Below are positions 35,761 through 62,550 of a stretch of 64,000 nt of DNA, piece by piece. Every line of letters starts with the position of its first letter. Position 1 is the first letter of the stretch. The DNA lies in contig CAVNZM010000007.1 in the NCBI GenBank assembly GCA_963693365.1, positions 3,147,979 to 3,211,978 on the forward strand, given 5' to 3'. Made by a program: the position numbers and the translations under genes. The notes beneath the pieces were generated by a model. That model saw nothing but the letters and a program-made list of their open reading frames with translations. It did no database searches and was not told the DNA's origin. This stretch comes from Amoebidium appalachense. Taxonomy: Eukaryota > Protista > Ichthyosporea.

Positions 35761-36124
35761 ACTCCGCCTTTCAAAAACTGTGGTCTACCCGCCTTAGACT
35801 CTTTCCTCCTGTTTCCCGACCATACCGCCTCGCTCACTTTTTTAATTAAGTTCAAGTTGGAAGCAAAAGCATATATATTAGAAGGCGATTCATTAGAAGG
35901 CGATTCATGATTCTGAATGCGACGTTGTGGCGTCGGCTGGGGGTATAAAAGGAAACAGCTAGTATTTTTTTTTCTCCAACCTGGAATACACGGAAAAGCC
36001 TTACCTAACTGCTGACTTAGCTTTCACAGTTTTCGAGTGCCCTAGCTCGTTGGTAGCATAGTTTTTCCAGAGGATACGCCGTAAGATCATCCTCTGCTTT
36101 AAAATCTCGTTCTAAGCACCGAAA

Positions 36125-36869
36125 ATGTCTGTCAGATTCTGTCAGGAATGCAACAACATGCTTTATCCCAAAGAGGATAAGGAGAGAAGGATCCTTCTTC
36201 TGGTGTGCAGAAACTGCGACTACCAAGAGGAGGCCATGACCCCCCGTGTGTATTTCCACAAGATGCAACATGACACGGACGAGCTGACGCAGATTGTCAA
36301 GGACGTGGCTACTGACCCCACCCTTCCCCGCACACACGACGTTGAATGTTCCAAGTGTGGCGAGCACGAAGCTGTGTTCTTCCAGGTATGAGTTCTGGAT
36401 CTCTGGACTTTGCGGGTTTGGGTTTACAGGATTGCTCCTCTATAGAGTGAGGCATTTGGGCGAGGAAAGAAATTTGTTGCCTGTGCTTCTTGCACAGTTG
36501 TGTTTTTGGCCCCATACTTCTGAGCAAGGTGACGGGAAAGTTAGCAGGAGCTTGCTTGGGGTGAAAATTCAAGACGGCAGGGACTCAAGATCCCGTTTCA
36601 TGTTGAAAGACTTTTTTTTTTCTGGGCAGCATTTACATAAATGGGGCCACTTTTCCTAGGCATATCGCCCTAGTCCTGGCGCTTGTAGTACCTGACTAGA
36701 GGGCACACTTGTTGCTTATTTGTGTCGAGATAATTGCTCAGCCTAGGGCTCCTTTGGGCAGGGATGGACGTTCAGGGCATTTGGAATTCTCGTATTTTGT
36801 GCTCCCGCTTGTCATTTCGTTTCCTTTCCTTTTCTACCTTCCCTTTTTGTCGTTCTTCTTTTCACTTTG

Positions 36870-36920
<51 letters not shown>

Positions 36921-37351
36921 CCCCCCCCCCCCCCCCCTTCTCCCTCTTTCTCTCCCTCTCTCTCTCTCTCTCTCCCTCTCTTTCTCTTTCTCTCTCAGTG
37001 TCTCCCCCTCGTTCCCTTCCTCCCCCCCCCCCCCCCCCTCTCTCTTCTCTTCCCTTTCTGGCTTTCTCTTCCTCCCTCCCTCCGTCCCTCGATCCTTCCC
37101 TTCCTCCCCCTCTCCCCCCCCCCCTGCCCCCCTCCCTCCCTCCCCCCTCCCCTCCCCCTTTCCACCTCTCTCGGCCCCTCTCCTTCTCATTCTCCTTCCA
37201 TCCCTCCCTCCCTTCCTCCTTCTCCTCCTTTTCCCCCGTGCCTCTTCCTCCCTCTCTCCCTCCCTCCCCCCTCACTCCCTCCCTCCCTCCCTCCCTCCCT
37301 CCTTCCCTCTCTCCCCGCTACCCTCCTCCCACACAGTCTCTGTCTCTCTCT

Positions 37352-37447
<96 letters not shown>

Positions 37448-37967
37448 CTCTCCCTCTCCCTCCCTCCCTCCATCCCCCTGCCCCCTCCCCGCGATCTATT
37501 CCTTCTCCCTCCCTCTTTCATGGCCTTTCTACTTTTGTCGTTTTTCCTGTCTCCTCCCTTTTCGCAGCTGTTGTCTTTTTCCTTTTCATCTCAGTTCAGC
37601 TGCCTTACACCTCCCCCCCTCTCTCCCACCCCCTCCCCCTCCCCGGCGGACCCACCCACCGACCCGCCCACCACCCTAATGGTCGGGCTTCCATTATTAT
37701 TTATTTGGTTCTTTCTCTCACCTCTTTTCCCGTTTCCTGTTCTCGCTTACCCATCCTTCTTCATATCCCCCCATTTTTGTGACGATTTGTTGTTGTCCTC
37801 TGATATCCCCTTAGCGCATACATCACCCCCCGTTCTGTGTGCACACACACCTACACAAACACTCTCCCTTTGCCTCCCAATATATCTCCAACTCATGCTT
37901 TGGTCTCTCTCTTCGTGCCGTAGCCACTTTAGATGTTTTCTTTGTCTTTCTATCCTGAGCTGTAGCC

Positions 37968-38000
<33 letters not shown>

Positions 38001-38407
38001 CGCATGAATGGGTCGAAATTGGGGTATTGTGGATGACTTGGGGTCCCTCTGACGATGGCCTCTGCATATTATGCATGCTCTTTGTGTGATTTGCACTCTG
38101 CATAATGTTGTTCATCAGTGGATGTATGCTTCGTACTCTATACCCCCCCCCCCCCCCCCCCCCAACCCCACCCCTCCCCCTCCCTCATCCCCCTCTCCCT
38201 CCCTCCCCACCCTCCTCCCCCCCCCCCCCCCCCCCCCCCCCCCCCGCCCCTCTCCTCATTTTCGTCTCGCACATCTGGCGCTCATTTCCGCTTGTCCCAC
38301 AGGCACAAACACGGCGTGCAGAGAAGGGTATGCAGCTTTACTTTGTGTGCTGCAACAAGCAGTGCGATAACAGATGGACAGAGGCCACAGCACCATCAGT
38401 CTCATAG
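36125..38407 (+). CDS. RPB9: DNA-directed RNA polymerase II subunit RPB9 (exons 36125-36385, 38303-38407)
   Basis: [18 protein letters not shown]...CRNCDY, DPTLPRT...[13 protein letters not shown]|[25 protein letters not shown]: two Zn ribbons. Confidence 0.97.
38006..38142 (+). repeat. Family A, diverged 5'-truncated copy flanked by poly-C (RPB9 intron)
   Basis: gggtcgaaattggggtattgtggatgacttggggtccctctgacgatggcctctgcatattatgcat matches the family core. Confidence 0.8.
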
Positions 38408-39720
38408 AGGATCGAAATGCACACGTGTGTTTGCTGCTTTGTGGCATGTGATCAGGGCGTGTTTAATGCTTTATGCCTAGTGCACTCATGCTGTTCTGAC
38501 GAGATGTGTATACTCGGTGTTTGTGGACGTGTTCGTGACTACGCCGAAATCTGTGTGAACATACACGTGGACGCGCATACATGAACGCGGCGCTCGCCCA
38601 CACACAAGCACACACACACTCACACTCACACATGCCCGCTGGCGCACATACGCACACCTACACTCGCACACTCACACACACACACAGACACACACACACA
38701 CACACTAACAAACACACTTTCGCCAACACACACGCGAGCGCACACAGACAAACACACACACGCACACACACATAGGCCTGCACGGCCGAATGACACATAC
38801 ACTCAGCTACTGCTTCTGAGATCCCCTGTTTGCCTATTCACGTTTTCGCTGTTGATAAATGATTGTACTCATTATCTCGACCAAAAAAAAAGACAAAAAA
38901 AAAAAACGATATAAAGCATGCTGGTGTTCAAATTCTTATGTTGACGTCAATCATGATACTACCAGGTGTGAGTGTGTTGTGAGCACTTAGATTCAGATAT
39001 TCTGAAATGTCTCTAAAAAATTATCTGAGCCACATTGTGGCCAGCTAACAAAAATCTTGACCGATGTCTTGCCTGAAGTGTTGTCAACTGATGAACCTTT
39101 GCGAACTTGCCCATACTTCAAAATCCCCCTCCCTCCCTCTCCCCCCCCCCCCCCCCCTCCTCCCCCTCCCCCCCCCCCCCCCCCCCCCATCCCCCCCTTC
39201 CCTTAATAGAACCTGGCGGATATCGATAGCACCCAGGAAAAATTAATGTTGTACAAACATGGCCTTCGTGCAGTTACCAGTGCTAGCACATGTATCCATA
39301 CGTGTACGTACATTTTCCACATGTACATGTCGGGTGAAGTTATCATCATTAGATTTTGCTCGTTGCTTTGGCCCGAAACTACGGGCAAACAACAACAGCC
39401 CCCTGACTCACTGGATGAACCCCACGAACACTAGCCGCTGCTTGTAGGGTTTACACGATTTACTAATGATTTTGGGAATCAATTGGGAGCACTGCCCCTC
39501 GTGTGCATGCAGGGCTTACTGAGTTTTCCTGCACGACCACACACTGGACAAGGGGCGCCGCAGGCACCCCCGGTGCTATATATAGTAAATCCATCAAATG
39601 ATTACAGAGTAAGTATGCACCTCAGTGTCACTTGTACAACGAAGGTAATTACGACTCATACTTAATAACAGTGCACTGATCATGTCACCATCCTTTCCAT
39701 GACGATACCTTTTGATAAGG

Positions 39721-39853
39721 GGGGGTTTAAGCTGTTTACTCGAGGATAAGAGAGATCAGTCTCAGGTATGGGGGTTTTTGCTCGGAGTATCCCCTCAGTG
39801 GTATATCATGATCAAGTACAAAGATGTCGGGTGTTGGTTATCGGTTATCGGGC
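39721..39853. repeat. Dispersed repeat family B, copy 2 (intergenic)
   Basis: Aligns with 3808-3943. Confidence 0.85.
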
Positions 39854-40148
39854 CCGACCCGACTCGACTCGACCGACCCAAACCGACCCGTTCGGAAAAA
39901 TCTCACCAGCTCACGAGTCCGGATTCAATAGATGCCTGCTCTATGTAACATCCCCCCCTCCCCCCTCCCCCCCTTCCCCCCCCCCACCACCAACCACCAC
40001 CACCACCACCACACACACACAAGCACACACACATAAGCACACACACCCACATCATCACCACCACCACCAAAAAAAAACCAAAACGAGGCTAGGCACACAC
40101 CGTGATTGTTTGAGTGGCGAGCACACACACACACTTCAGTATCCCGTC

Positions 40149-40874
40149 TCAACCCCTGAAAGTCCCCGTAGAGAACCTCCCCAACCCCTCCCCTTTCGTA
40201 ATCAATCTCTCATCCTTCGATATCTCAACGTCGTTAATCGACGCGTTTCTCTCCTTCATGTATCCATTCTCGTCAAAAGTCCAGTGTTCGTTCCCGTATG
40301 CGCGGTAGTATTTACCGTTCGACGCGCTCTTGTATTCGTATTGGAAAGTGACGGCGATTTTGTTTCCGCTGTGGGCAAAGTAGTGTTTTTTCAGGCGGTA
40401 TTCCTGCTCGTGGGTCCACTTGTCCTTAAGAAATTGCTTGATTTGCTCTCGTCCCCTGTGTGTGTTCCGGGGTTTTAAAAAAAGGCTCCGGTTAGCATAT
40501 GGTGTACAATTAAGGTTTCTATATAACCTCTTTACTTCTCCGTTCCTCTCACACACGCACACACACTCATCCTCTCTCTGCCTCTCTGTCCCCCCAACCC
40601 CCTCACAAAAAAAAAAAAAACACACGCGCGCACACACTCCTCTTATTCCTCCCTCCCTTTCTCCCTCTCCCCCTCCCTCCCTCCTTTCCCCCCCCCTCCT
40701 TCTCTCCATATTGACTCCTAGTTTTTAAGGGGCATTGGGGAGAGAGTGCAGTGAGTGGCCTCCACACTAAAAGGGGGGAGGGATGGGAGATGCACCCGTG
40801 TCGAGGTTTTTCTTTTATATTATTTTTCCCCTTAAGCGTTTTGTTTTCCCGCAGCGGGGAAGGGGTGCCCGGGG

Positions 40875-40912
<38 letters not shown>

Positions 40913-41018
40913 TGGGTTCCATGGTGCTACCAAGTACAAACTTTACGAAGGAGACTATAGCAATGCAAATATGCAGAAATAATTATACAAAGAACACACA
41001 GCGGCAGCAAAATTTATT

Positions 41019-41057
<39 letters not shown>

Positions 41058-41276
41058 TTATGGCCAGAGGAGATGGGCTGGGGCGAAGGGGAAGAGGAAG
41101 GAGGGGGGGGGGGGGGGGGGGGGGGGGGTGAGGCCCAGGGGGCGAAGGGGCGAGGTTTAGGGGGGAGAGGGGTGGGAGTGGGGGGGGGGGGGGGGGGGGG
41201 GGGGGAAGGGGAAAGGTCCCATTTTTTCGCCCATTCAACAATTTTTTTATTTTTTATTTTATTTTATTTTATTTAT

Positions 41277-41316
<40 letters not shown>

Positions 41317-41668
41317 TAGGGGAGGGGGGGTTATAAGCCAGGCCGTATGAACAGAACTAAGTACAAACTGAAAACCGAGCCGAGGTGGGTATGTGAGTGA
41401 TTGCGTGATACCAAGGGTAGTGGTGACGGTTGTGTGTGTGGGGGGGAGGGGGGGGAGGTGACGGGGTGAGGGGGTGGGTTTTGGGGGGGGAAGGGGGGCT
41501 GGAGGGGAAGATGGGGGGGTGGGGGCGGGGCAGGGCCCGGGGGGGGGTTGGGGGGTTGGGGGGGGAATATGGAATCAAAAATGGACAACGTCTCGTAGCC
41601 AGGGCATGGGTTATGGTTCTCTGGTGGAATGTACGGGGAAAAGACAGGAAGAAATGAAGAGGAGGTGT

Positions 41669-41732
<64 letters not shown>

Positions 41733-42535
41733 GGGGGGGAGGAGGAACGAGGGAAGAGCAGTCCCTTGGTGGAATGTACGGGGAAAAGACAGGAAGAAAT
41801 GAGGGAGGAGGTGTGTGTGGAGGGCGGGGAGGGGTGGGGTGGGGGGGGGGGGGGGGGGGGGGGAGGGGAGCGAGGGAAGAGCAGTCATAGGGGGTAATAA
41901 TAACCGATGTGGATGTGGAGGGAGGGAGAGAAGCCAATAGAAGAAACGGCGATCTTGGGAAGACATGTTTGTTGTGCAAGAGAACAGGATATATGCAGTC
42001 ACAACCGGATACGTTGCAAGTGGCTACTAAGGAAAGGTCGAGAGGGGTCTGTGCGTGCTGCACGTGCGGCGTGCATCTGTAGGCCTGGGGGGCAAGACGC
42101 CAGATGGGCTATGCATATAGTGTGGCCTGCTCCTTACAGATTTGGCACATAATGCAAAAACACAAGCTTAAGGGAAATTTTTGTTTGCAAACCAAAGATT
42201 CAATGCCTCACCAGCAACAATCCACATTAACACAATAAAATGCCCACCAACCACACGTGCAAAGAACCATACTGCCACACCCCGGCATGCCAGTCATCCC
42301 TCCCAAAACATGCAAATGTGAGCTTGTGGGAGAAACAGCAGTAAGCCCGTTCAAAGCGCCTAGTCCCTTACGTTATAAATTTGTCCCTGTTTCTCCACAC
42401 AGAGTCCACCGTGTACGCCCCAGCCACCCTCTCCGGGTCACGCGTGTTCCAGGCATCCTCGGCAGCTTGGACTTTGAGTTTTGCAGTCTCTTCGGTGAAA
42501 GGAGGCAGAGGTGGCCGGGGTGTCACAGATGACAT
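40149..42535 (-). CDS. DUF1348 / SnoaL-like (NTF2-fold) protein (exons 42535-42372, 40455-40149)
   Basis: [49 protein letters not shown]|GREQI...EYRLKK...IAVTFQYEY...[28 protein letters not shown] are typical DUF1348 motifs. Confidence 0.92.
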
Positions 42536-42869
42536 CGTTCGTTTTGAGAAGATGCAAAGGGGAAGAAGGGTGGCGTGTGATTTGGTGGTGCTGGAAATAA
42601 CAGTGGAGGCCAAAAAAGAAGGCATTGTGACAAAAAGTAAATGGCAAGGAAAGAAAGAGTGAATTGGCAAGTGCCACAGTTGTTCGGTGAGAAATTCAAC
42701 TGGCGGAGAAATTTGTATTTCTCTGATGCACGTCTTTTCACAGGTGTGCGTACCGTTTTTGTAAACAGCAACGCGTTACAGGCTGAGCGTGCGAATACAC
42801 CTCCAACATAAAATAAAGCCTTCCTTTCACGTTTGAAAGTCATTTTCTTTTTTTGGCCTCTGCTCTTGC

Positions 42870-43010
42870 TGCCGAAGTCCTGACTCACCACAACACCAGC
42901 GATTCCGTGGGACCGGAACAGTTCCTATTGGTCAGGAGCTGTGGTTAGTGAGCCACACAATAGAACCAATAGGAAGTGCTTAGACGGTTACTTTCGCATT
43001 CCAATCAGGA
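42870..43010. promoter_or_regulatory. Putative bidirectional promoter between DUF1348 and DHNA genes
   Basis: TGACTCA 42881 and several CCAAT/ATTGG boxes (~42927, ~42966, 43001) in a ~780-bp head-to-head gap. Confidence 0.45.
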
Positions 43011-43318
43011 CGCCACAAACGGCCACATGCCCACCCGTTCGGAATTCCATGCATCATAGTTGCGAACTTGAGACTCACAACTATAAAAAGAAGACAAAAA
43101 ACACACACCGTGTGTTCTTTCGCGCACAATACTGTTCATAAAAGCTCTCTTGAGTTATTTTATTTGTTATTGTTTCCATATATAATTGTGACTCGCATCA
43201 TTTTGCTGCGTTGTCTCGCTTGTTTTCTCCTCTCCGAGCCCTCCTTTCAACATTCTCCTCCACTGTCTTCTTTATAAAAGCAAGCAAAAGAAACAAAAGC
43301 GAGAAATTTGGATACAAC

Positions 43319-47253
<3,935 letters not shown>

Positions 47254-47943
47254 TGGGAAAAGTGGAAAATCGGAAGGATGCATGTACCACGGCGCCTGCG
47301 CACGTCTGTTGGCACATGAAATGACACAAGCATATACATAAAAACATGCGTATTACTGTGTAACAAAATGGGTGTGCATGTGCAAGGGTTGGGAAATGCA
47401 CGCACAACACCTGGGCTTCACCCTTGTTTACACACCTGTAGAGTTTTTACGGGCGCAGGTCGCCATAGACATTTGGGGGGAGGAGGGGGGGGGGGGGGGG
47501 GGGGGGGGGGGTCGATTATGTCGTTAGTATGTGTGTGTTCTTTTTGGGGGGGGGGGATGGGGGGGGGGGGGGTCTTATTGGAAATTGGTGTTTTTGTTGT
47601 AGAACGCACACAGAATGTGCAAATGAAGTGTATTTTTCGTCTTTAGATGTTTTTCCTTTTTTTTTTTTTTTTTTTTTTCCAGTGGGCGGTGGGGGGTTAA
47701 AAAATGGTTAGGTTAATGCCTGGATTGTGAAATCTGCCGTTGCTGTGTTGTTCCATGCATTATATTTAGGTATAGTAGAGCAACTGAAAAGTTGTACCAA
47801 ATGGCCGAATAGAGAAGATTATAGATTCCTTTTTACAGCCATTCATAATTGATGTACACCGTGAGTCCAGATCTGCGTATGTTTATCAATATTGCTGTGC
47901 CCGACTTCACCGTCGTCTTTGGTCCCTTGCTCGCGCCATGGTG

Positions 47944-48033
<90 letters not shown>

Positions 48034-48076
48034 CAAACCCCCAACCCAACCCCCCCCCTCCCCCCCCCCCCCCTCC

Positions 48077-48127
<51 letters not shown>

Positions 48128-48469
48128 TATTCCCACACGCATCTACAGTACCTCGAAAAGCTTGGGCGTCCATTAAGTGATGTGTGCACCTTAGACTTAC
48201 ATGGTGACTGTCTTGTGTGTGGTGTAGTTGTGGTGTTGTGGTCCCCTTGTTGCATAGTGGGTGCTTCTGTGTGTGTGTTACAGTACATGTGTGTGTGTGT
48301 GTGTGTGTCTAGCTGTGTTTGATGCACAAGTTTGACAACGTGATATGGTTCAACAATGTGGCGGTGCGCGTGGTGGGAATGGTTGTCTCGCTTTTTTTTT
48401 TTTTTTTTTTTTGCCCCTTCAAAAAACCAATGGGGAGGCGCATGGGGGAGGGTTAAACTTGTGGGTTTC

Positions 48470-48672
48470 AACACGCACGGTGCCGTACAATTACACATGA
48501 CACATTGCAATGAAGAACACGGTGCAGGACACGTGCCAAAGCACATACTGTTCGTACACGTCACCGATACACTAAGCAACATCAGCAATGGCAGCCGGCA
48601 CCTGCGCAGTATGCAAATAATTGTGAGAGTCATCGTTGCAACACAAGCTTTATGCGGAGGTTCAACCCATTC

Positions 48673-48717
<45 letters not shown>

Positions 48718-49012
48718 AGTTCTCGATTGTAGGTTTGGACCACCCCTTAGCGGCTGCCTTATGACTAATTGATCAGTATTAAATTTACAGCATTGCCCAA
48801 TAATTATTGACTATAGTGTTTGCAGCTCTAGCTAGAGCGTATAGGCTATGCATATCATTGCTAATTAGCGGCCCAAGTCATCCACGGCACCTGAGTTTTA
48901 ACCATTCACCGCGTCAACGAAACCCAACTCAATAGAGCATGGGCGCTTAGTACAGGAAAGGGGGGGCACAAGGGTTTCAGTACAAGAAGATACAGGGCAT
49001 CCACAAGGCAAG
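48470..49012 (-). repeat. Family A, diverged and interrupted copy downstream of GPI
   Basis: The reverse complement contains ttgagttgggtttcgtt, gcatactgcgc, gctgatgttgc and gtgtcctgcacc in the family order. Confidence 0.6.
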
Positions 49013-49388
49013 TGCAACACAATGAACAGGAAAAGCTCACCCTGCGCGTTGTGTTCGTGTGTGCGTGCGCAGACGTGTGTGCGTGTACATGTGGATGCAT
49101 ATACATGTTATCCATGGGAAAACGCCGAGACATCCCGGTCAAAGCATTGGCTGCGCAGGACAATGACACACAATGCTCGGCTCAAGCAGTTCAACTGCTG
49201 ATCTTTCATGTATTACTCTAACTAATATGTATTAGGTAGGTAGGTACAGAGAATCTGGCATGATCACATCATATTATTCTATGTATGTATGCCCCCACAG
49301 ACTCCAGGCCTCTATTGAGATAATAGAGGAATAATGCCATGCCACCAATGCACCACAAGTGCCACGCCACCACTGCACCACCAAAAAA

Positions 49389-49420
<32 letters not shown>

Positions 49421-49666
49421 GGAAAAAGGAAAAAGGAAAAGGAAAAGGAAAAGAAAAAGGCAACGGCTCTGTGTATAAGCTGTATGATATATAACTACCA
49501 ATACGTACAACATTTGAGCCACGGCCGGCACCAACACCCCACACCACCTCCCCTCTGTTCGACCTCCACTTTTGCGCAAATTGAACTGTCACTAATTTCC
49601 TACCCTTTCACCATGCATTGCACATACTCTGTGCTTGTACATGTGCATATGCATGATAACTATAAA

Positions 49667-58000
<8,334 letters not shown>

Positions 58001-58641
58001 TTTGCTTGTCTGATGCTTTGCTCACAACGAGAAAGGGAAAGGGGAAAGGGGGGAGAGAAAAACTCCGGGTTGCAGCCTGAGAACTGAACGGAGAGAGGAA
58101 AAAGTGCTGATTTGTAACTCGGCGCCAACAATATGCCTGCGTGATTTAGGATCTACTAAGCTTCCGTATACTCGATAAGCCAATAGAATTAGTGTGTTTG
58201 TTTCTAAACTGTTTGTATCTATACCAAAAAAGACGAACCCAAAACTTTCCATATTTGGCTCCATATGTTAACCAATTGACTCTCACTCTGAAAATTGAGC
58301 TTTTCTAATTGGTGGATTTTTCCCGAACACCCTGTACAGTTGGACATCAATATTCACGCGAACATCAATAATAAAAACAATGAAGATGTTACTGCACATA
58401 GTTGCTCTTCTTTGGACGTATTTCTAGCTTTACCCTTATCTTCGACTATCCGTTTTTCCGTGCTCCTGACGACGGGTCACGGCGTCGGCGACTTTCTGCC
58501 CGTGTGATCGTCACACATCAAATCTGTTCGTTTATTGGCTCATTGTCACTTACCACAACATCGCGACCCGGGCTTCGAAATTTGAAAGAACGAGATAGTC
58601 ACTCGGACTCGGCCGACTCCCGGCCGGAGCCCTTCCGGAGC

Positions 58642-60589
58642 TCACTGGCTGAGTCGCGATATATCTGATATCTCTACACTAGCTGAGGAAGGAGGGAGGC
58701 TGGAAAGGCCAAGATGTGCAGGAGACCAGTACACGTGCGTGTTTGTTTTTGGAGGTAGTGGGGACCTGAGCAGGGGGTGCCTCAAAACCGGAAGCCTAGG
58801 GAACCAGAAACTGAACAAGCTACTGGATGTGCCAAACACGGTGATATTGGTCTTTGGGGCCAAAGATCGAAGGACCCTTGCCATCGTGGTCAACCATGGA
58901 GGTTGGGGTGGGGATACAGCTGAAGAGGTAGCATGTTCATCTGTCTCGTGCTTTGCAGCAAAATATTCTGCACTATATACATGTGACTATTATCTGAACA
59001 ATCGTTTGCAGGATTCAAGGATGCTGCCAATCACACCTGGCAGGCACAGCCAATGCAACATCATTTGCCTGGTTTTGGGGCAGCCTCGGCCAAGGGCTAC
59101 AAGAGATCCCTCATATTATACCCAGAAAATAAATTCGTGAAAAATCCCGTGCAGTAGTGCAGTATATGGTTGCCCCCCCCCCCCCCCCCCCCCCCCTTCA
59201 GGCTGACCATGTCTGTCAAGTCGTAGATCTGGCTATATGTCTGGCCGACCCATACACATAACCTACGATAAGCAAAACAGGCATCCGTGGAAGTGAATAG
59301 GTGCATTATCTACCCTCTACACACCCACCCTGTCACACACCCTACCAACAATCAATTTGTAAACGCCCACCTCCTCATCCCCCACCTCACCCACAACATC
59401 GCCCTTTTCCATCCCACCCACACCCGCACCAGCACCCACACCCTCTCCCATCCCCTTCACATCAAGTGTCGCGGACAGCGTAGCAGCAATCACCTCCACT
59501 TGATCTCCTCTCTCAAGCACCTTAGCCACTGTTTCTGGAGCATTATCAATCGCCTTCCAAGCTGCCTCATTCCCCACCAATATGTAGTCGCCTGCCTGGA
59601 CTACTCTGCGTTGGAACACCCCCGGGTATTCCTGCAGCCACTCCCACAACTGGTGCTGTGCCTCGTTGTCCCCGACACTGAGACTCAGCCCAATAGGTGC
59701 ACCTGGGAAGTATTTAAAATTACGTGTTACTAAATGCATACTGAAATATCAAGGCTCTCTCTTTCTTTCTCTCCCACTTTCTCGTCTCTCTCTCTCTCTC
59801 TCTCCCCCCCCCCATCCCCCTTCCGTCGCCCCATCCCTCTCTTCCCTCCTCAGTTCACCCATCCCTCCCATTCCCTCTCTGAGCTCCCCCTTTCCCTCTC
59901 CCTCCCTCCCTCTACCTCTCTCTCCTTATCTTTCCCACTTCCCCTCACACCTCCTTCCCTCCCCCCCTTTCCCCTTGTGTCCCCCTCCCCCCCCCCCCCC
60001 CTCCCCCTCTGCTCTCTCCACCCTTGCTGACCGTACACGTACTTTGGGGGTTTGAGGAACAGAGGAAGGCGGGGGTTTGAGGACGGCAAAGTAGAAAGGG
60101 CGAGGTTTTGGGTATGTTTTGGAGACGGTGCTTGCAATTTGGGAGGGGGAGGGGGGGGGGGGGGGGAGGGAGGGGGGGGGGGGGAGGGGATGTCGGTGGG
60201 GGAAGCAAAAAACCTACTTTGTGCAACATCGGTGGGCTTGAGGCTCGAACCCTCTTGCTTTGTTGGCAGGGGAGGATCAACCACCCATCCAACACCAGGA
60301 CGGTACACCTGTGTAGATCATCGCAATGTTTTCGTGAATTCATCACAGAGCAAGGCAACTTGTGAACAACTTGAGTGCTAGGGTTTTCTTTTTAAAAAAA
60401 AAGAAAAACGGGGGGGGGGGGGGGGGAGGGTTGGATCCAGGAGGCGAGGTTCTCATACTCATGGGGAGTACAAGGGCCCAGAGGGAATGGTCTGGATCGA
60501 TCCGGCGTTAGGAGTTGATGCCTGCAAATATATACCCCAATGCCTTCAAAATAGGAACACTATAAAGGCAACAGGGGAAATAAAGAGCA

Positions 60590-60686
<97 letters not shown>

Positions 60687-61824
60687 TGCGCACGTGTGTG
60701 CCTGTGTGTGTTCGTGTTTGTATGTGTGTACTGTGCCGCCCAGGGGAAGCCGAGGGGGGGGGAGGGGGGGGGGGGGAGGGGGGCAAGTCGGCAAACCTCG
60801 GACCCCATGTCTGCAAATGGCCCACTATCATCCACTAATGTAATCACACAATGTCATTAGTAAGTCGAAAAACAATAAACCCTAAACAGAGACAAGCGAT
60901 GGTAGCCGAATGGGGTGGTGTGGTTCAACCGGTGATGGATAGGTGGGTGGGTGGGGCCGGAGAAAGAAAGTCGGAAGTGAACATCATGTGGTGCGACCGA
61001 CCTTCTCACAGCAACGGAGCCCGAAGTGGGTGGGTGGGGGGAAGGGGAGGCCCCGGGGGGGGGGGGGGGGGGGGGGGGGGGGATATTTGGCTTTTCAGTG
61101 TGCCTTTTTCGACGCAAGTTGTTGCTGCTGCTGCATTGTTTCCCCCTTCCTTTTCTTTTTCTTATTGTGTTCATGTGCATGTGTGTGTGGGGGATGAGGG
61201 GGGGGGGAGGGGGGGGAGGGGGGGGGGGGGGGGAAGGGAGGGGAGTGAGGGAGGGAGGGAGGGAAAGGGGGGAGGAGGGGGCAAAGGCACAATCACCTTG
61301 CAGTTGACGTCACCAACCAAAGTCATATCCAAAACCACCCCAACACGAGGGTCTGCACTCTCCACCATGCGTGCCACAGCCATGCCAACCAATAGCGAGC
61401 GACCGCGGGGTGTGGTGGACCAATCAACTGCTGCCATGCGCATATTTTTCCACACGTGGGCCAGGAGATCAGATAAGGGGGCCGTGGGGCCGGACATGGC
61501 TAAGGCTTGGCCCGAAAGCTCGCACATGGCCTTGGAGGGGCACGGGATGGACACTGCGGTAACATCTGATGTCTCCATAGGAACCCTGCAACAGGGGGAA
61601 ATATCAATGGGCATGAATGTTTTGTCTTAAGCTTGTACAACATCCAGTGACGTCGTGTAACAACAAAGCATGAAAATGTTCCAAGTTACAGCCACGTGCT
61701 AGCACACCGTTTATGCACAATGTCATGTTGGACCTAGCCTACTATGTGTCCCCAAGGCGGGATACACACGTGCTAGATTGTGTGGTTGCAACGCGACACC
61801 GCCCGCGACAGCCAATCATGTATA

Positions 61825-61855
<31 letters not shown>

Positions 61856-62078
61856 AAAAAAAGAAAAAAAAGGAAAAACTTTTATTTACAAAAAAAATAA
61901 AATAGAAAAATCTGTGTGTGTCGTGTGCACGTGGAGCACCACCACGGTGCTCCAGGTCCACACTGTGGTATAGACCCCGAAAATCGGAAAATATGACAGC
62001 ACACGCAGTATATTCAGTAAAACCCTCCCCTCCTCCCCCCTCCCCCCCTCCCCCCCCCCCCCCCCCCGCGAAGTTCCC

Positions 62079-62116
<38 letters not shown>

Positions 62117-62550
62117 ATCGCGCCACCTGCCTCCTACACCATAATTACCTACAGTATCTGCTGCAAGCACGTTAGGGGAGAAAAAAAAAATGTAAAAAAA
62201 AAAGGGGAAAAAAAAAAGAAAAAGACAAGCCCCTTTTCGGATCACTGCACTGCAGTTTGCACTTACTCCTCATTTGCATCTATCCCACCGGGTGCTGCAG
62301 CAGTCATTGTCGCTGTAGCGGGTGTCGTGCAGCCACAGGTGCACAAAACGAGAAATCCACCGCTGGCCCCACCGCTCTCCAGCTGCCCGGCCGCCACACA
62401 CCCAGCGCACCAGAAGGTCTCTGCAGACAGGTCCACGTGATTGCAGTCAAATGTGGGGGACACGGTGGTGTTTTCGTTTGTGCACAGGGACAGAGGGAGA
62501 GAGTGCGTGGGGCCAAGGCGTAGGGAGGTGTTTTGAATTGTGGCTGCCAT
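58642..62550 (-). CDS. Hypothetical multi-exon protein; exon structure unresolved (candidate exons 62550-62267, ~61586-61297, ~60308-60218, ~59702-59330, ~58920-58642)
   Basis: Non-repetitive open segments bounded by AG/GT sites lie between microsatellite introns. No recognisable domain, and several alternative joins are possible. Confidence 0.4.
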
